DNA of 64,000 nucleotides from Chloroflexota bacterium (lineage in GTDB: Bacteria > Chloroflexota > UBA11872 > VXOZ01). The position numbers were made by a program, and so were the translations under genes. The notes beneath the pieces were generated by a model. That model was not told the DNA's origin. It searched no databases and was given only the letters and a program-made list of their open reading frames with translations. The DNA lies in the NCBI GenBank assembly GCA_965220175.1, contig OZ244814.1, forward strand, positions 1,735,045 through 1,799,044. The letters are read 5' to 3'. This document shows positions 10,160 through 20,016 of this stretch, piece by piece. Each line of letters begins with the position of its first letter. Position 1 is the first letter of the stretch.

Positions 10160-11188
10160 TCAGCCAATGAGCGGCAACGCGACGGTACGTCCCTCCGCCG
10201 CCGAAATGTCGGCGGCAAAGCACGCCTCATGCGTATTGATTGAATCGAAAATGTCGGCATACGAGTCTTCATCGTTGAGGATGCAGTCGACGATGTGGTC
10301 GATTTCCCCCTGGAATGGGTGATGGGCCACGTCACCGGAATCCGGCGGCACGGTCGGGATGTCCATGAAGCCGGTCAAGCCGGGAAACGCCGAGGTGTAA
10401 ATCTGGTTATTGCGGGCCGTTCCGCCGTCACCCTGCAGCGACATGTGAAAGACATACGGCATGTGGGCTTCCATGGTAGCGGTTACGCGTCCCACGACGC
10501 CGTCCTCCATTTGCAGCACCGCCGCGGTCGTGAGCGGAAAGTCAAAGCCCTTCTCTTCCAAGCGTACGGGCGTTGAATAAGCGGACACGGACTCGACGTT
10601 CTTGCCGGTCAGCCAGCGGATGCAGTCCATGGCGTGGCTGCCGCCGGAGAGCATGGCGCTGCCGACATTCTTTTGATAGCGTCCCCAGTGACCGGGCGGA
10701 CGCAGGTAGCCTACTTCGTGCATGTAATCGGCTTCCGCGTAGACGATGCGACCAAAGTCGCCCGCCTCGCGCCGATGGTGCAACGTCTGTACGAGCGGAT
10801 TCCAGCGCAGGACGAAGCTTACGACACTCTTTACGCCGGCTTTCCGTACCGCGGAAACCAGGCGCTCTAGTTGCTCTGGCGAAATGGCGATGGGCTTCTC
10901 GATCACGAGATGCTTGTTTGCTTCCGCCGCCAGCGCGCCCTGCTCGGCATGCGCGAAGTTTGGCGTGCATATGGAGACGATGTCGACATCAGGATTGGCG
11001 AGCATGGCTTCATAGTCGGTGTAAGGCTTGGCGTCCAAACCGAATTCGTCTATGGCTGCCTGCGCGCGTGCCAGATCCCGGCTGCACACCGCTACCATGC
11101 GCGTATGTGGATTATTGTTGAAAGCGCGAATGTGCTCGCTGGCTACCCAACCGGGGCCTACCAAGCCGACTCCCATTACGTCTGCCAT
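10160..11188 (-). CDS. Gfo/Idh/MocA family oxidoreductase
   Basis: GVGLVGPGWVASEHI Rossmann start, EKP motif (VIEKPIA); strong RBS GAGGAGG upstream of ATG 11186-11188. Confidence 0.8.
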   Translation of the reverse strand: MADVMGVGLVGPGWVASEHIRAFNNNPHTRMVAVCSRDLARAQAAIDEFGLDAKPYTDYEAMLANPDVDIVSICTPNFAHAEQGALAAEANKHLVIEKPIAISPEQLERLVSAVRKAGVKSVVSFVLRWNPLVQTLHHRREAGDFGRIVYAEADYMHEVGYLRPPGHWGRYQKNVGSAMLSGGSHAMDCIRWLTGKNVESVSAYSTPVRLEEKGFDFPLTTAAVLQMEDGVVGRVTATMEAHMPYVFHMSLQGDGGTARNNQIYTSAFPGLTGFMDIPTVPPDSGDVAHHPFQGEIDHIVDCILNDEDSYADIFDSINTHEACFAADISAAEGRTVALPLIG

Positions 11189-11433
11189 GCCGTGACCTCC
11201 TCGTGTCGCTTAGCGTCCTCGCCGGCTCATGCTCGCCACGAAGACCCATGAACCACATTTTCTCGTCCCAACTCACCGGAACCCGTACCTCCGGCACGTG
11301 CCCTGGAAGCGATTTCTGATCGCTAATCCTCGCTGTCGCAACAGTCCGCGGGGCCGTGCAAGAGGCCGAGAGCCCCTGTTTCACTTGGCGCTAGAGTACG
11401 CCACCCCACTACTGAATGCAAACGGTGAATGGC

Positions 11434-12531
11434 CTAGGAGTCGCGTTCCAGGACGAAGTCCGCCACAGCGTGTAGGAGGTCTCGATAGGGCTGACGACGA
11501 ACGTGCGCCAGGTTGTTGTGTGCCTGGTCGATATACGTGCGTGCGAGCGATTGAGCGTAAGCCACGCCGCCTAAGTCCCGTAACAGTCGCGTCACGGTGG
11601 CTACCTCTTCGTCTAGGGCGGTACGGTTGCCGAGGGTATCAAGCATGACTTCGCGTTGCGCAGGCGCAGCGTTGCGCAGAGCTTCCTTTACAATGAGCGT
11701 GCGTTTGCCTTCCCGAATGTCCGCGCCGACGGGCTTGCCGGTGGCCGCAGAGTCTCCGATGATGCCGAGCACGTCGTCCTGCAATTGAAATGCCAGACCG
11801 CAATTGCGCGCGAAGTCGGTAAGCGCCTTGACGACGGGATCGTCGGGTTGCCAAGCGTTCAGGCCGATGCACGCACCGGCCGTAGCGGCAAATGCGTAGA
11901 GAACGCCAGTCTTTTTGCGCATCATGTCGAGAATGTCCGCTTCGGCAACGGATTCGAGCGCTTGCAGGCTGAACTGCACGTCCAGCGCCTCACCGTCAAC
12001 GAGTTGTGCTTCCACCGTGCCAAAGAGCTCCGCGATGAGACGAAGTACGAGCGTGGCATCGACGCCGAATTGAGTGGCACACTCCGTCAGCAGAGTAGCG
12101 GACCATCCCTGCTGAATGTCGCCCGCCAGCAGGGCTTGTGTTAGCCCGTAGTGAGCGGCATCGCCGGCGGATAGACCCAGGTCCTCTTGGGCGCGCGCGG
12201 CAAAGTTCGCATGCACGGTCGGTCTAGCGCGGCGCGTGTCGTCCTGATCGATGATGTCGTCATGCACCAGCGTCCAGATGTGGAAGAGTTCTACCGCGGC
12301 GGCAGCAGGGACGGCGTTCTGTTCGGCGCCGCCTGTGGTACCACAGCACATCAAGAGCAGGCTGGACCGCAGACCCTTGCCCGGTTGCTGCACGTAGTGG
12401 GCAACTGCTTCTCCCAGATGGAGAGAGCGCAAGGCGTTGCGGCCAAGCGCTGCTTGCAGGTAGGCATACACGGGCTCGCGGCGTGAGGAAAGCTCCGAGA
12501 CTAGCCGTGCAGCCGATTGCTCTGCGCTCAC
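11434..12531 (-). CDS. polyprenyl diphosphate synthase (trans-IPPS, GGPP-synthase-like)
   Basis: two Asp-rich motifs LVHDDIIDQDD and FQLQDDVLGIIGD; GTG start overlapping galU stop (GTGA). Confidence 0.8.
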   Translation of the reverse strand: MSAEQSAARLVSELSSRREPVYAYLQAALGRNALRSLHLGEAVAHYVQQPGKGLRSSLLLMCCGTTGGAEQNAVPAAAAVELFHIWTLVHDDIIDQDDTRRARPTVHANFAARAQEDLGLSAGDAAHYGLTQALLAGDIQQGWSATLLTECATQFGVDATLVLRLIAELFGTVEAQLVDGEALDVQFSLQALESVAEADILDMMRKKTGVLYAFAATAGACIGLNAWQPDDPVVKALTDFARNCGLAFQLQDDVLGIIGDSAATGKPVGADIREGKRTLIVKEALRNAAPAQREVMLDTLGNRTALDEEVATVTRLLRDLGGVAYAQSLARTYIDQAHNNLAHVRRQPYRDLLHAVADFVLERDS

Positions 12532-13412
12532 GTTGCGGAGTCCGGGCGGTCAAGATCAAGGCCGCGCAAGTATTCGAGCAGACCGGGTCTGAGGTCGGGC
12601 CGCTTCAATGCGAGATCGATAGAAGCGGACAGATAGCCTACTTTGTCGCCCATATCGTAGCGTCTGCCCGTGAATTCGCAGGAGTGGACGGGGCCGTCTT
12701 GCGCGAGCATATTGATTGCATCGGTGATTTGGACTTCACCACCGGTTCCGGCAGGAATGCGGTCGATGTACTCAAAGATCGCCGGCGTAAACACGTAGCG
12801 GCCAACGATGGCCAGATTGGATGGCGCTTCGTCGGCCGGCGGCTTTTCAATGAGCCGGTGCAATCGTTGCACACCTGCCGCGACCTCTGAGCCCTCTACG
12901 ATGCCGTATCGGTCGACGTGGGCAGGCGGCACAGGCATGACGGCAACCACTTCCCCACCATAGGTGTCATGCACGTCGATGAGCTGCCTGATGGCCGGCG
13001 GGTCGCCGTCGATGACGTCATCAGGGAGAAACACGGCGAACGGCTCATCGCAGACAACGCTGCGTGCTGTGCGTACGGCGTCGCCGGTGCCGAGCGGCGC
13101 GTGTTGTCTCACGCCGATGACGGTGGCCATGTCTTTGAGCGCCTGCAATTCCGCGAGTTCCTTGTGCTTGCCTCTCTCGGCTAGACTCTCTTCGAGGCGG
13201 TAGGCGGTATCGAAATAGTCCTCGACCGCCTGATTGCCCGTTGCGGTGACGAGAATCACTTGCTCAATGCCGGCTGCCACGGCCTCTTCCACCACGTAGT
13301 GGATTGCCGGTTTATCCGCTAGCGGCAGCATTACTTTGGGGATGGACTTCGCAGCCGGCAGCGTACGGGTGCCCAAGCCGGCTACGAGGAATACGCCTTT
13401 ACGTACGCTCAT
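12528..13412 (-). CDS. galU: UTP--glucose-1-phosphate uridylyltransferase
   Basis: N-terminal GLGTRTLPAAKSIPKVMLP nucleotidyltransferase motif, full-length GalU architecture. Confidence 0.85.
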   Translation of the reverse strand: MSVRKGVFLVAGLGTRTLPAAKSIPKVMLPLADKPAIHYVVEEAVAAGIEQVILVTATGNQAVEDYFDTAYRLEESLAERGKHKELAELQALKDMATVIGVRQHAPLGTGDAVRTARSVVCDEPFAVFLPDDVIDGDPPAIRQLIDVHDTYGGEVVAVMPVPPAHVDRYGIVEGSEVAAGVQRLHRLIEKPPADEAPSNLAIVGRYVFTPAIFEYIDRIPAGTGGEVQITDAINMLAQDGPVHSCEFTGRRYDMGDKVGYLSASIDLALKRPDLRPGLLEYLRGLDLDRPDSAT

Positions 13413-13805
13413 CGGGCTGACCTTGCGCGATAGTGCTAATTCTCTTCGAGATCAGTTGCAGAGAGTCTTTCAGATGCCGTATTGACGGAGCGGCCCGTGT
13501 TTCTGCAATCTCCAGGGGTCCCATTGGAAACTTCGACACACCGCAAGGCACAGTCGATGTAGGCAGTGCGCCAGGGAACGGGCCTCTGAGTAGACGGTCT
13601 AATTTCACAGCGATTATACTTTTCACATGCAATTGGTGACAAGGTTTGTGAGGGCGCTGTAGCCACTGCTCTAAGCATTGATTGCATTCCTTGGGTGCTC
13701 CGGGGGCAGGTTCATTTCCTTGCGATTAGTATTGAGCACCCTTTGTAACAACTACAGAGACGTCCGCTGCCAGCCTTCTCCTCTTTGACGAGTTGGGCGA
13801 TACAC

Positions 13806-14387
13806 GTGGAAACTGAACGTCTGTTTCTGGCGATTGCGTTACCAAGCTGTGTTCGCGGTGGCTTGGAAGAGAGAACGCGGTCAATAGGGAAACGCGCCGA
13901 CAAAGTGCGATGGGTACCTTCGGCGAACGTCCACATAACGCTCAAGTTCTTTGGAGATACCCCCACAGAGCGGAAGTCGAAAATTGTATCCACGATGGTA
14001 CGCGTGACCGAGAAAGTGCGGCCTTTTGACCTTGCAATTACCGGCGTGAAGATCGTGCGCAGGGGCAAAAGGCCAAGTATGGTCTGGGCGACTGTGGAAG
14101 ATACCGACGAGCAGTTGCGACGATTGCACGGCAGGACGGAACGGCTGCTGGAGCAGAACGGTTTTGTGCGTGAGAGACGGTCGCTCTCGCCTCACATCAC
14201 CCTTGCCCGGGTGCGCGACGGCATTACGCCTGGAGAGCAAGATTTGCTCAATGAGTGGGCGCTGGCGCAGCGTGAGGCGCCGGAGATCTCCTTCCGGGTA
14301 GCTGACATTTTGCTCATGAAGAGTGTGTTGAAGCCCCGGGGCGCCGAGTATACGGTCTCTCGGCGATTCGCATTTCAGGTGGGATAA
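13806..14387 (+). CDS. thpR: RNA 2',3'-cyclic phosphodiesterase (2H phosphoesterase, LigT/ThpR)
   Basis: two H-x-T/S-x motifs (HITLKF and HITLAR) at the spacing expected for 2H family; GTG 13806 start chosen so RLFLAIALP lies at the N-terminus (ORF as printed begins TTG 13785). Confidence 0.7.
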   Translation: METERLFLAIALPSCVRGGLEERTRSIGKRADKVRWVPSANVHITLKFFGDTPTERKSKIVSTMVRVTEKVRPFDLAITGVKIVRRGKRPSMVWATVEDTDEQLRRLHGRTERLLEQNGFVRERRSLSPHITLARVRDGITPGEQDLLNEWALAQREAPEISFRVADILLMKSVLKPRGAEYTVSRRFAFQVG

Positions 14388-14608
14388 GCCGTGCGCGGCT
14401 GTTCAGTAGAGCTGCACTGCCGCCGCGAAACACAATGCGGCGCGGGCAGAAAGCCCGAGGGCCGGAGAGCCTAGCCACGAACGGTTGCCCCGGGATTCGA
14501 TGGCGGCACGGGAATTGCGGGCTCCATCAGCGCAGGGAATGTGCGGGATCGGACCGTCCGATGTTTCAGAATGAGGTGCCAAGACGGCGCCGAGTTGAGG
14601 AAGCAACT

Positions 14609-15130
14609 ATGCCGGTAGTCTACTTGGGACTTGGGAGTAACAGTGAAGACAGACTTGCCAATCTGCGCAATGCCGCGGGGAAGTTGCACGCCGAAACCAT
14701 AATCACGCAGGTTTCCTCGGTCTACGAAACGGAACCCGTTGGGTACGCAGACCAGCCCTGGTTTCTCAATGCCGTCCTCGAAGGGTATACGGAGTTGAGC
14801 GCGGAAGAGCTTCTCCGCCTTGCATTGGCAACGGAGAAGGCCCTCGGGCGGCAACGGCCGTTTCCCAACGCGCCGCGCACCATAGACATAGACATCCTGT
14901 TCTATGGTGAAGTCGTGATTGCGTCCCCAAGTCTGACGATTCCACATCCACGCCTAACGGAGCGCGGCTTCACCCTGTGCCCGTTGACCGAGATCGCGCC
15001 ACTCCTTGAACATCCCGTCACGGGACTTACCATGGAGAGTATCTTGGCAACAACCACCGGTTTAGAGGAAACCCGTCACTTTGCCGACCAAAACTGGTAT
15101 GCCGAAGCAGCGCCGGAACTGCTCTTCTGA
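14609..15130 (+). CDS. folK: 2-amino-4-hydroxy-6-hydroxymethyldihydropteridine pyrophosphokinase (HPPK)
   Basis: MPVVYLGLGSNSEDRLANL...IDIDILFY signature of HPPK; ATG 14609 with GAGGAAG upstream. Confidence 0.85.
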   Translation: MPVVYLGLGSNSEDRLANLRNAAGKLHAETIITQVSSVYETEPVGYADQPWFLNAVLEGYTELSAEELLRLALATEKALGRQRPFPNAPRTIDIDILFYGEVVIASPSLTIPHPRLTERGFTLCPLTEIAPLLEHPVTGLTMESILATTTGLEETRHFADQNWYAEAAPELLF

Positions 15131-15211
15131 CGTTAGCGAGTGATAGACAGGGAATTTCAGCACGCCCTGCGCATGTGCCGTGATCTGATTGGTACAGGCG
15201 TTCCGCCGCGA

Positions 15212-15598
15212 TCAAGCGTCTTTGCGCTCAAGCAACTCGATTTCGTACCCGTCAGGATCGTCGATGAACCCCATCTTCCTGCCCTCGGCGAACACTTCGC
15301 GCCAGCCGTCGGGCCAAATCTCAATCCCTTTGCCCTCTAGCTCGGCGCAGAATGCAATCAGATCGGGTACGCCAATCGCAAAGTGCATGAGGTCCTCAGG
15401 CACATTGAGGTCGTAGTCGTCGGAGTACGTAAGCTCCAAAGTGTGCAGATTGCCGGGTAGTTCGAGATGGGCAATTTGGTTACCGTCAGGTGAGCGCTCA
15501 CTCCGGCTGATCACTTTGAAGCCGAGGTGTTCGCAATAGAAATTTATCGAGTTGTCAAGATCACTCACGCGCACGCGCGTATGCAAGAAAACTGCCAT
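15212..15598 (-). CDS. VOC/glyoxalase-I family protein (lactoylglutathione-lyase-like)
   Basis: 128 aa, HTRVRVSDLDNSINFY N-terminal beta-alpha-beta-beta-beta module and C-terminal duplicate with metal-binding H/E. Confidence 0.7.
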   Translation of the reverse strand: MAVFLHTRVRVSDLDNSINFYCEHLGFKVISRSERSPDGNQIAHLELPGNLHTLELTYSDDYDLNVPEDLMHFAIGVPDLIAFCAELEGKGIEIWPDGWREVFAEGRKMGFIDDPDGYEIELLERKDA

Positions 15599-15697
15599 TT
15601 GTGGCTCCCTTCAGATGGTTGTTGGCGTACTCACGGTCTTTCGTAGTTACTCTCCTACAGCTTTGCTCTTTTCCCACCTCCCGTTTCTAACATGTGA

Positions 15698-16063
15698 CTA
15701 CCCGCTATCGTCCTGCAATACCAAGAATTCCTCGCTCGCGAGACTAAAGGGCGGCACGTGCACCAGGAGGAGTCTAGCAGGCTTGCCACTCTCGTTGGAA
15801 TAGCTGAACCACTCACTTGTTGCTACATGTAGGACGTCCAGTGTTCCTAACGATACCTCTCGGTCCTGGACTACGAAGGAGACTAGACCCTCGAGGCAAA
15901 CATAGACCTTGTCACTTCTGCTGGAACGCGCCGTGCGATGCCGCGCGCCGACAGGCACGTCAATTGTAGCGATCGAGGCAGTCTGCAGGCTGGCAGGGGT
16001 GAGTTCCCGAATGGATAGGCCGTCAAAGTCAAAAGGCAGAGCGTTGTTGAATACAGTGCGCAT
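15698..16063 (-). CDS. cupin domain protein
   Basis: 121 aa from internal ATG 16061-16063; G(X)5HxH-less but two-motif beta-barrel pattern (VLHVATSEWF...RLLLVHVPPF); weak. Confidence 0.45.
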   Translation of the reverse strand: MRTVFNNALPFDFDGLSIRELTPASLQTASIATIDVPVGARHRTARSSRSDKVYVCLEGLVSFVVQDREVSLGTLDVLHVATSEWFSYSNESGKPARLLLVHVPPFSLASEEFLVLQDDSG

Positions 16064-16329
16064 GAAAATTAAGCTTTCCGCGACCACTCTGAACGGCAGT
16101 GCACCGCTGTTCTCTGCAGGCCATAGTAACAACCTTGAATTGTCGGAACAATCTCCCGATGGTGGACGTAGGAGTCGGGCGGATGTTAACCACCATAGGG
16201 AGGGGGCCCACACGCACGCTCCACTGTCGCGTGCCAGCGCCCCGGATCACATTGAGGAAGAAGCACCTCGCGAGAGATCGTGTCTTTTCTCCAAGGCCTG
16301 GGCACGGCAGTAGATCACTCCATATCCTG

Positions 16330-17193
16330 CTATTCTTCCGCCCCGGCTCCAATCAGAATCTGCACCACATCCGGGGTGCTCTCCAGACTGGCTGCTGCCA
16401 GCAGAGACCGGCCGTCAGCCAATCTGACATTCACGTCCGCACCGGCAGCGACGAGAAACCGGAACGCATCGACATTGCGCCAGCGCATTGCGGCGTACAG
16501 CAGCGGATCGTTGTTGCTGTCGCGCGCGTTCACATCCGCGCCGGCGTCCACGAGTATCCGCAGCGCCTCGGACTTATCCCAGAAAATCGCGGCATGCAGC
16601 AGCGGGTCGTTATTGCTATCGCGTGCGTTTACGTCCGCGCCGGCGGCTACGAGTATGCGCAGCGCCTCATCCCTGTCACGCCAGATCGCCGCGAAGAGTA
16701 GCGGATCGTTTTCGCTGTCGCGCGCGTTCACGTCTGCCCCGGCGTCCACCAGTATTTGCACCTTTTCGGGAGAGGCCCGCCAGACTGCGGTGTACAAATA
16801 CGGATCGCCCTGTTCGTTGCTGGCGTTCACCTCTCTGCCTTCGTTGACAAGCGCCTGCAACCCTTCCGCGCTGACGGAACTCCGCCAAATTGCGGCGTAA
16901 AGCTCGGGATCACCGGCAGGATAGGGCGTGGGCTGCGGCACCGGCGGCAATGTAGGCAGGGGTGCGAGTGTTGGTGTCGGCGACGGAGGCGAAGGCCGTG
17001 AGTCGCGATCTGTCCGCGGTTCGGGCGTCGGTCTGGGTGCTGTTCTTGCAGGCTCTGTGCTGCGGTTCGCAGCTTCCTGAGTATCCGCGGGACGCGCTGC
17101 GGGAGACTCGTCTTCGTAGAGAATGACCAACACGACGATACCAGCAGAGACTATGGCAACTGCAAGCACGAACCCCAAAACGTAGCGAAGCAT
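16330..17193 (-). CDS. membrane-anchored ankyrin-repeat protein
   Basis: N-terminal TM helix, ~60-aa Pro/Thr/Arg-rich linker, then >=6 tandem 33-aa ANK repeats (DPLL(F/H/Y)AAI..DxxEALRILVxAGADVNARD); ATG 17191-17193 with GGAGG RBS preferred over the TTG at 17208. Confidence 0.8.
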   Translation of the reverse strand: MLRYVLGFVLAVAIVSAGIVVLVILYEDESPAARPADTQEAANRSTEPARTAPRPTPEPRTDRDSRPSPPSPTPTLAPLPTLPPVPQPTPYPAGDPELYAAIWRSSVSAEGLQALVNEGREVNASNEQGDPYLYTAVWRASPEKVQILVDAGADVNARDSENDPLLFAAIWRDRDEALRILVAAGADVNARDSNNDPLLHAAIFWDKSEALRILVDAGADVNARDSNNDPLLYAAMRWRNVDAFRFLVAAGADVNVRLADGRSLLAAASLESTPDVVQILIGAGAEE

Positions 17194-17447
17194 GGCAACT
17201 GCCTCCAATCTCAGTGGTGCCCCGGTCCTGCAATAGCAGCCAGAGAGACCACTCTTGTTTGCGCCGCTATTCCTGCAGGTAGGACGCTTTCAAGAACGAG
17301 CAAGGCCGTACAGTGAGGATAGCACAGATTCGACCGCTCCCTCTGCCGCGAAGTATGTTATATACTACGGGTTGTCAGCACTGCAAGCCGTCTTATGCAA
17401 AAGGCAATGAGGCTCAGAGCCGAATAGCTGGAATGGAAGGTGGTCGC

Positions 17448-18719
17448 ATGGAGCGCATAGGCAAGTTTTGCACAAGCTGTGGCGGCGAATTGATTGCAGG
17501 CGCCAAGTTCTGTGGGCAATGCGGCTCGCCAACACGAGTTGATGAGGCACCGGCGGCACGCAGCGAGGCCGCCAAACAACCGCGCAGCGAAGATGTCCAA
17601 GAGACGGCCGGCGAGACCGGCAAGACATTGCGTGAGGATGTTAGTCCTGCAACGGCAGGCACTGCAACCAGTCAGTCCCGCCCGGAGAGCCCTGCGGCGG
17701 CGCCAGGAGAGTCCACCAGACAGACCCGCAGCGATGAAACTTCCGAAGCGAAAGAGACGAGCGGCGCCCAACCGCGCCGGCAGGATGGCACGACGGGTCA
17801 AGACAGGGATTGGAGCAGATACTCGCGCTTGCTTAGAGTTGATGCATCCGGCGGGCTCATGGGGGTTGTGACGCCGCTCTGCATTTGGATCGCCGCCGTT
17901 GGCATCCTCGCGTGGGCCGTTCTCGGACTAATCTCGCTCCGGTTCGATCTCTCGTTCCTGAACCTGGAAGACCTGTTTTTCACTATGTTGATCATCATTG
18001 GCATCATGCTCAGCGTGGTTGCCAATGTCTATCTCATCATTAGTTGCCGTGACCGGGCAGGTGCGTTGTGGCAATTTCTGTCATTCCTGCCGATACTCTG
18101 GTTGGCCTTCTTGTGCGTGGGTTTGACCATCATGATTGGGCAGGTGTGGACGGACTTCGCCGGCGGCCCCAATGAGCTCCGGCGGGCGATGTTCTCGCTG
18201 GTCGGCGTTGGAATCTGTGGGACGTATGGCGGGTACTTGTCCCTAGCCGCCATCGGGTCGCACCGAGTTTACCAGGCGGTGCGTTGGGTGACGTATGTTC
18301 TGATAGCTCTGGTCGCCGTGGAAATCCTGGATGCGCTGTGGTGGGGTGCCAGGGACGTGACTGGTATTGAGATGTGGGAACACTTCCTGCGGGCCGGCTA
18401 CACCGCGGTCTTGTGCGCTATCGTGTACGCCATCATTGCGTTCCTGATTGCCCAGGCTAGGTCCAAGAAGTCGCAATCCGGTATGCTCATCGCATACCTC
18501 GTCCTGGGAGCCTTCGGATTCACGATTGCCGTCGCGGCACTGTGGGACACCTTTCCACCGGGCGCGATTCGTTTCGTCCACGGTGCGATCGTCTTAGTGG
18601 TCATCGCGACAATGGGCTTGCTGGTGGTCCAGCACTATGAAAAGAGAATTGTCGCCGCGAATCCGCCCAAAGGGAGCGCGCCTTCTCCTGGCAATCCCAG
18701 GCAGGCTGCCGCCTCCTGA
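17448..18719 (+). CDS. zinc-ribbon domain-containing polytopic membrane protein
   Basis: N-terminus CTSCGGEL...CGQCG (CxxC-N13-CxxC), ~130-aa low-complexity acidic/Ser-Thr linker, then ~8 TM helices; RBS GGAAGGTGG before ATG 17448. Confidence 0.6.
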   Translation: MERIGKFCTSCGGELIAGAKFCGQCGSPTRVDEAPAARSEAAKQPRSEDVQETAGETGKTLREDVSPATAGTATSQSRPESPAAAPGESTRQTRSDETSEAKETSGAQPRRQDGTTGQDRDWSRYSRLLRVDASGGLMGVVTPLCIWIAAVGILAWAVLGLISLRFDLSFLNLEDLFFTMLIIIGIMLSVVANVYLIISCRDRAGALWQFLSFLPILWLAFLCVGLTIMIGQVWTDFAGGPNELRRAMFSLVGVGICGTYGGYLSLAAIGSHRVYQAVRWVTYVLIALVAVEILDALWWGARDVTGIEMWEHFLRAGYTAVLCAIVYAIIAFLIAQARSKKSQSGMLIAYLVLGAFGFTIAVAALWDTFPPGAIRFVHGAIVLVVIATMGLLVVQHYEKRIVAANPPKGSAPSPGNPRQAAAS

Positions 18720-18816
18720 CCCACATCTTCCTGGCGAGCCGTAATCTTGGGAGTGTATTCTTCAAACTGTCTCACCTGCGGCCAATGGGGTAGGCCTGAA
18801 GTTCTGGCGTTGATCT

Positions 18817-20016
18817 CTAACGGGATAGAACAGATTTGGCGGTTGCTTTCCCAGAATCCAGCGCCGACATGAGCCTGACAGAGACCTCGTTGGCGAGAAA
18901 ATAGCCGTTTGACGTGAGACGGATACAATTCTCGTCGACGGAGATTAGGTCGGCACGGGTCAATTCCTCCAACGCTTCTCCGAACAGGATGACAGGATCA
19001 ACGCCAAAACGAGTAGCAAAATCCTGGCGCAAAATCCCCCGTTGCAACAGGCGTAGATTGAGGAAGATGCTTTCCTCGATGGCGGTTTGTTGTGAGACGT
19101 CTTCTATGCGCAGAGTGGTGGATTCCCCACCAAGCGCGCGCTCGATATACTCGCGAGGCCGGTGAATCTCCTCGGTGCGTGTGCCGTGCGCGTACCCATG
19201 CGCGCCTGCGCCCAAGCCCAAGTACGGCTCGTAGCGCCAGTAGACTTGATTGTGCTGACCTGCCTTGCCCGGCAGGGACCAGTTTGAAATCTCGTAGTGT
19301 CCGTAACCGGCGTTTGCTAGCCCATCCGTCGCAAGAGCGTACATGTCCGCGGCAATGTCGTCGGCAGGGAGCTTGATTCGCCCGCTGCCTACCCAGCGGG
19401 CGTAGGGCGAAGTGGGCTCCACGGTGAGGCAATACAGCGACAGATGTTCCGGTGCAATAGCAAGAGCACAGTCTAGGTCATGCTGCCAGTCGGCGAACGA
19501 CTGGTTAGGTACGGCGTACATCAGATCGAGGCTGACGTTTCGAAATCCGGCTTGGCGCGCCAGTTGCAGAGCGCGCCGTGCCTGCGCGGCATCATGGTCG
19601 CGCCCCAACACCTTCAGCAGGCGGTCGTTAAAGCTCTGCACGCCAAATGAGAGGCGATTGACCCCGGCAGCGTGAAAGCCAGCAAAACGCGCGGCATCAG
19701 CCGTGACCGGATTGGCTTCGAGCGTGATCTCGCAACCGGCCGTGAGGGGCAACACAGCATCTACCGCTGCAAGGATCTGGGCTATGTGTTGCGGTTCCAG
19801 CAGCGAGGGGGTCCCGCCGCCGAAATACACCGTGCGCGCCGCTTGGAATCCGCTGGCCGCGCCCTCGCGGGCAACTACGCGACATAATGCCTCCACGTAC
19901 GCCGGCACGAGCGACTGCATGCCGGCGTACGTGTTAAAATCGCAGTACGGACACCGCACGCGGCAGAAGGGAATGTGCAAATAGACGGCGAGCGCGTTCT
20001 TGACTTCCACACCCAT
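18817..20016 (-). CDS. hemW: radical SAM heme chaperone HemW (oxygen-independent coproporphyrinogen-III-oxidase-like)
   Basis: CRVRCPYC (CxxxCxxC) radical-SAM cluster motif near N-terminus, HemN-like C-terminal domain, ~400 aa. Confidence 0.8.
   Translation of the reverse strand: MGVEVKNALAVYLHIPFCRVRCPYCDFNTYAGMQSLVPAYVEALCRVVAREGAASGFQAARTVYFGGGTPSLLEPQHIAQILAAVDAVLPLTAGCEITLEANPVTADAARFAGFHAAGVNRLSFGVQSFNDRLLKVLGRDHDAAQARRALQLARQAGFRNVSLDLMYAVPNQSFADWQHDLDCALAIAPEHLSLYCLTVEPTSPYARWVGSGRIKLPADDIAADMYALATDGLANAGYGHYEISNWSLPGKAGQHNQVYWRYEPYLGLGAGAHGYAHGTRTEEIHRPREYIERALGGESTTLRIEDVSQQTAIEESIFLNLRLLQRGILRQDFATRFGVDPVILFGEALEELTRADLISVDENCIRLTSNGYFLANEVSVRLMSALDSGKATAKSVLSR

Noticed and set aside
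11434-12531. Polyprenyl synthase as a ComQ-like Trp-prenylating enzyme for the WW-containing peptide
   Set aside because: It is 22 kb away, GTGA-coupled to galU, and has canonical GGPP-synthase motifs; no basis to link it to the peptide locus.
16099-16900. Two 200-aa + strand ORFs (16099..16701, 16280..16900) rich in repeated SGSLLLSRAFTSAPA units
   Set aside because: They are alternative-frame/antisense readings of the ankyrin-repeat DNA; periodicity is inherited from the 99-bp ANK repeat on the minus strand.
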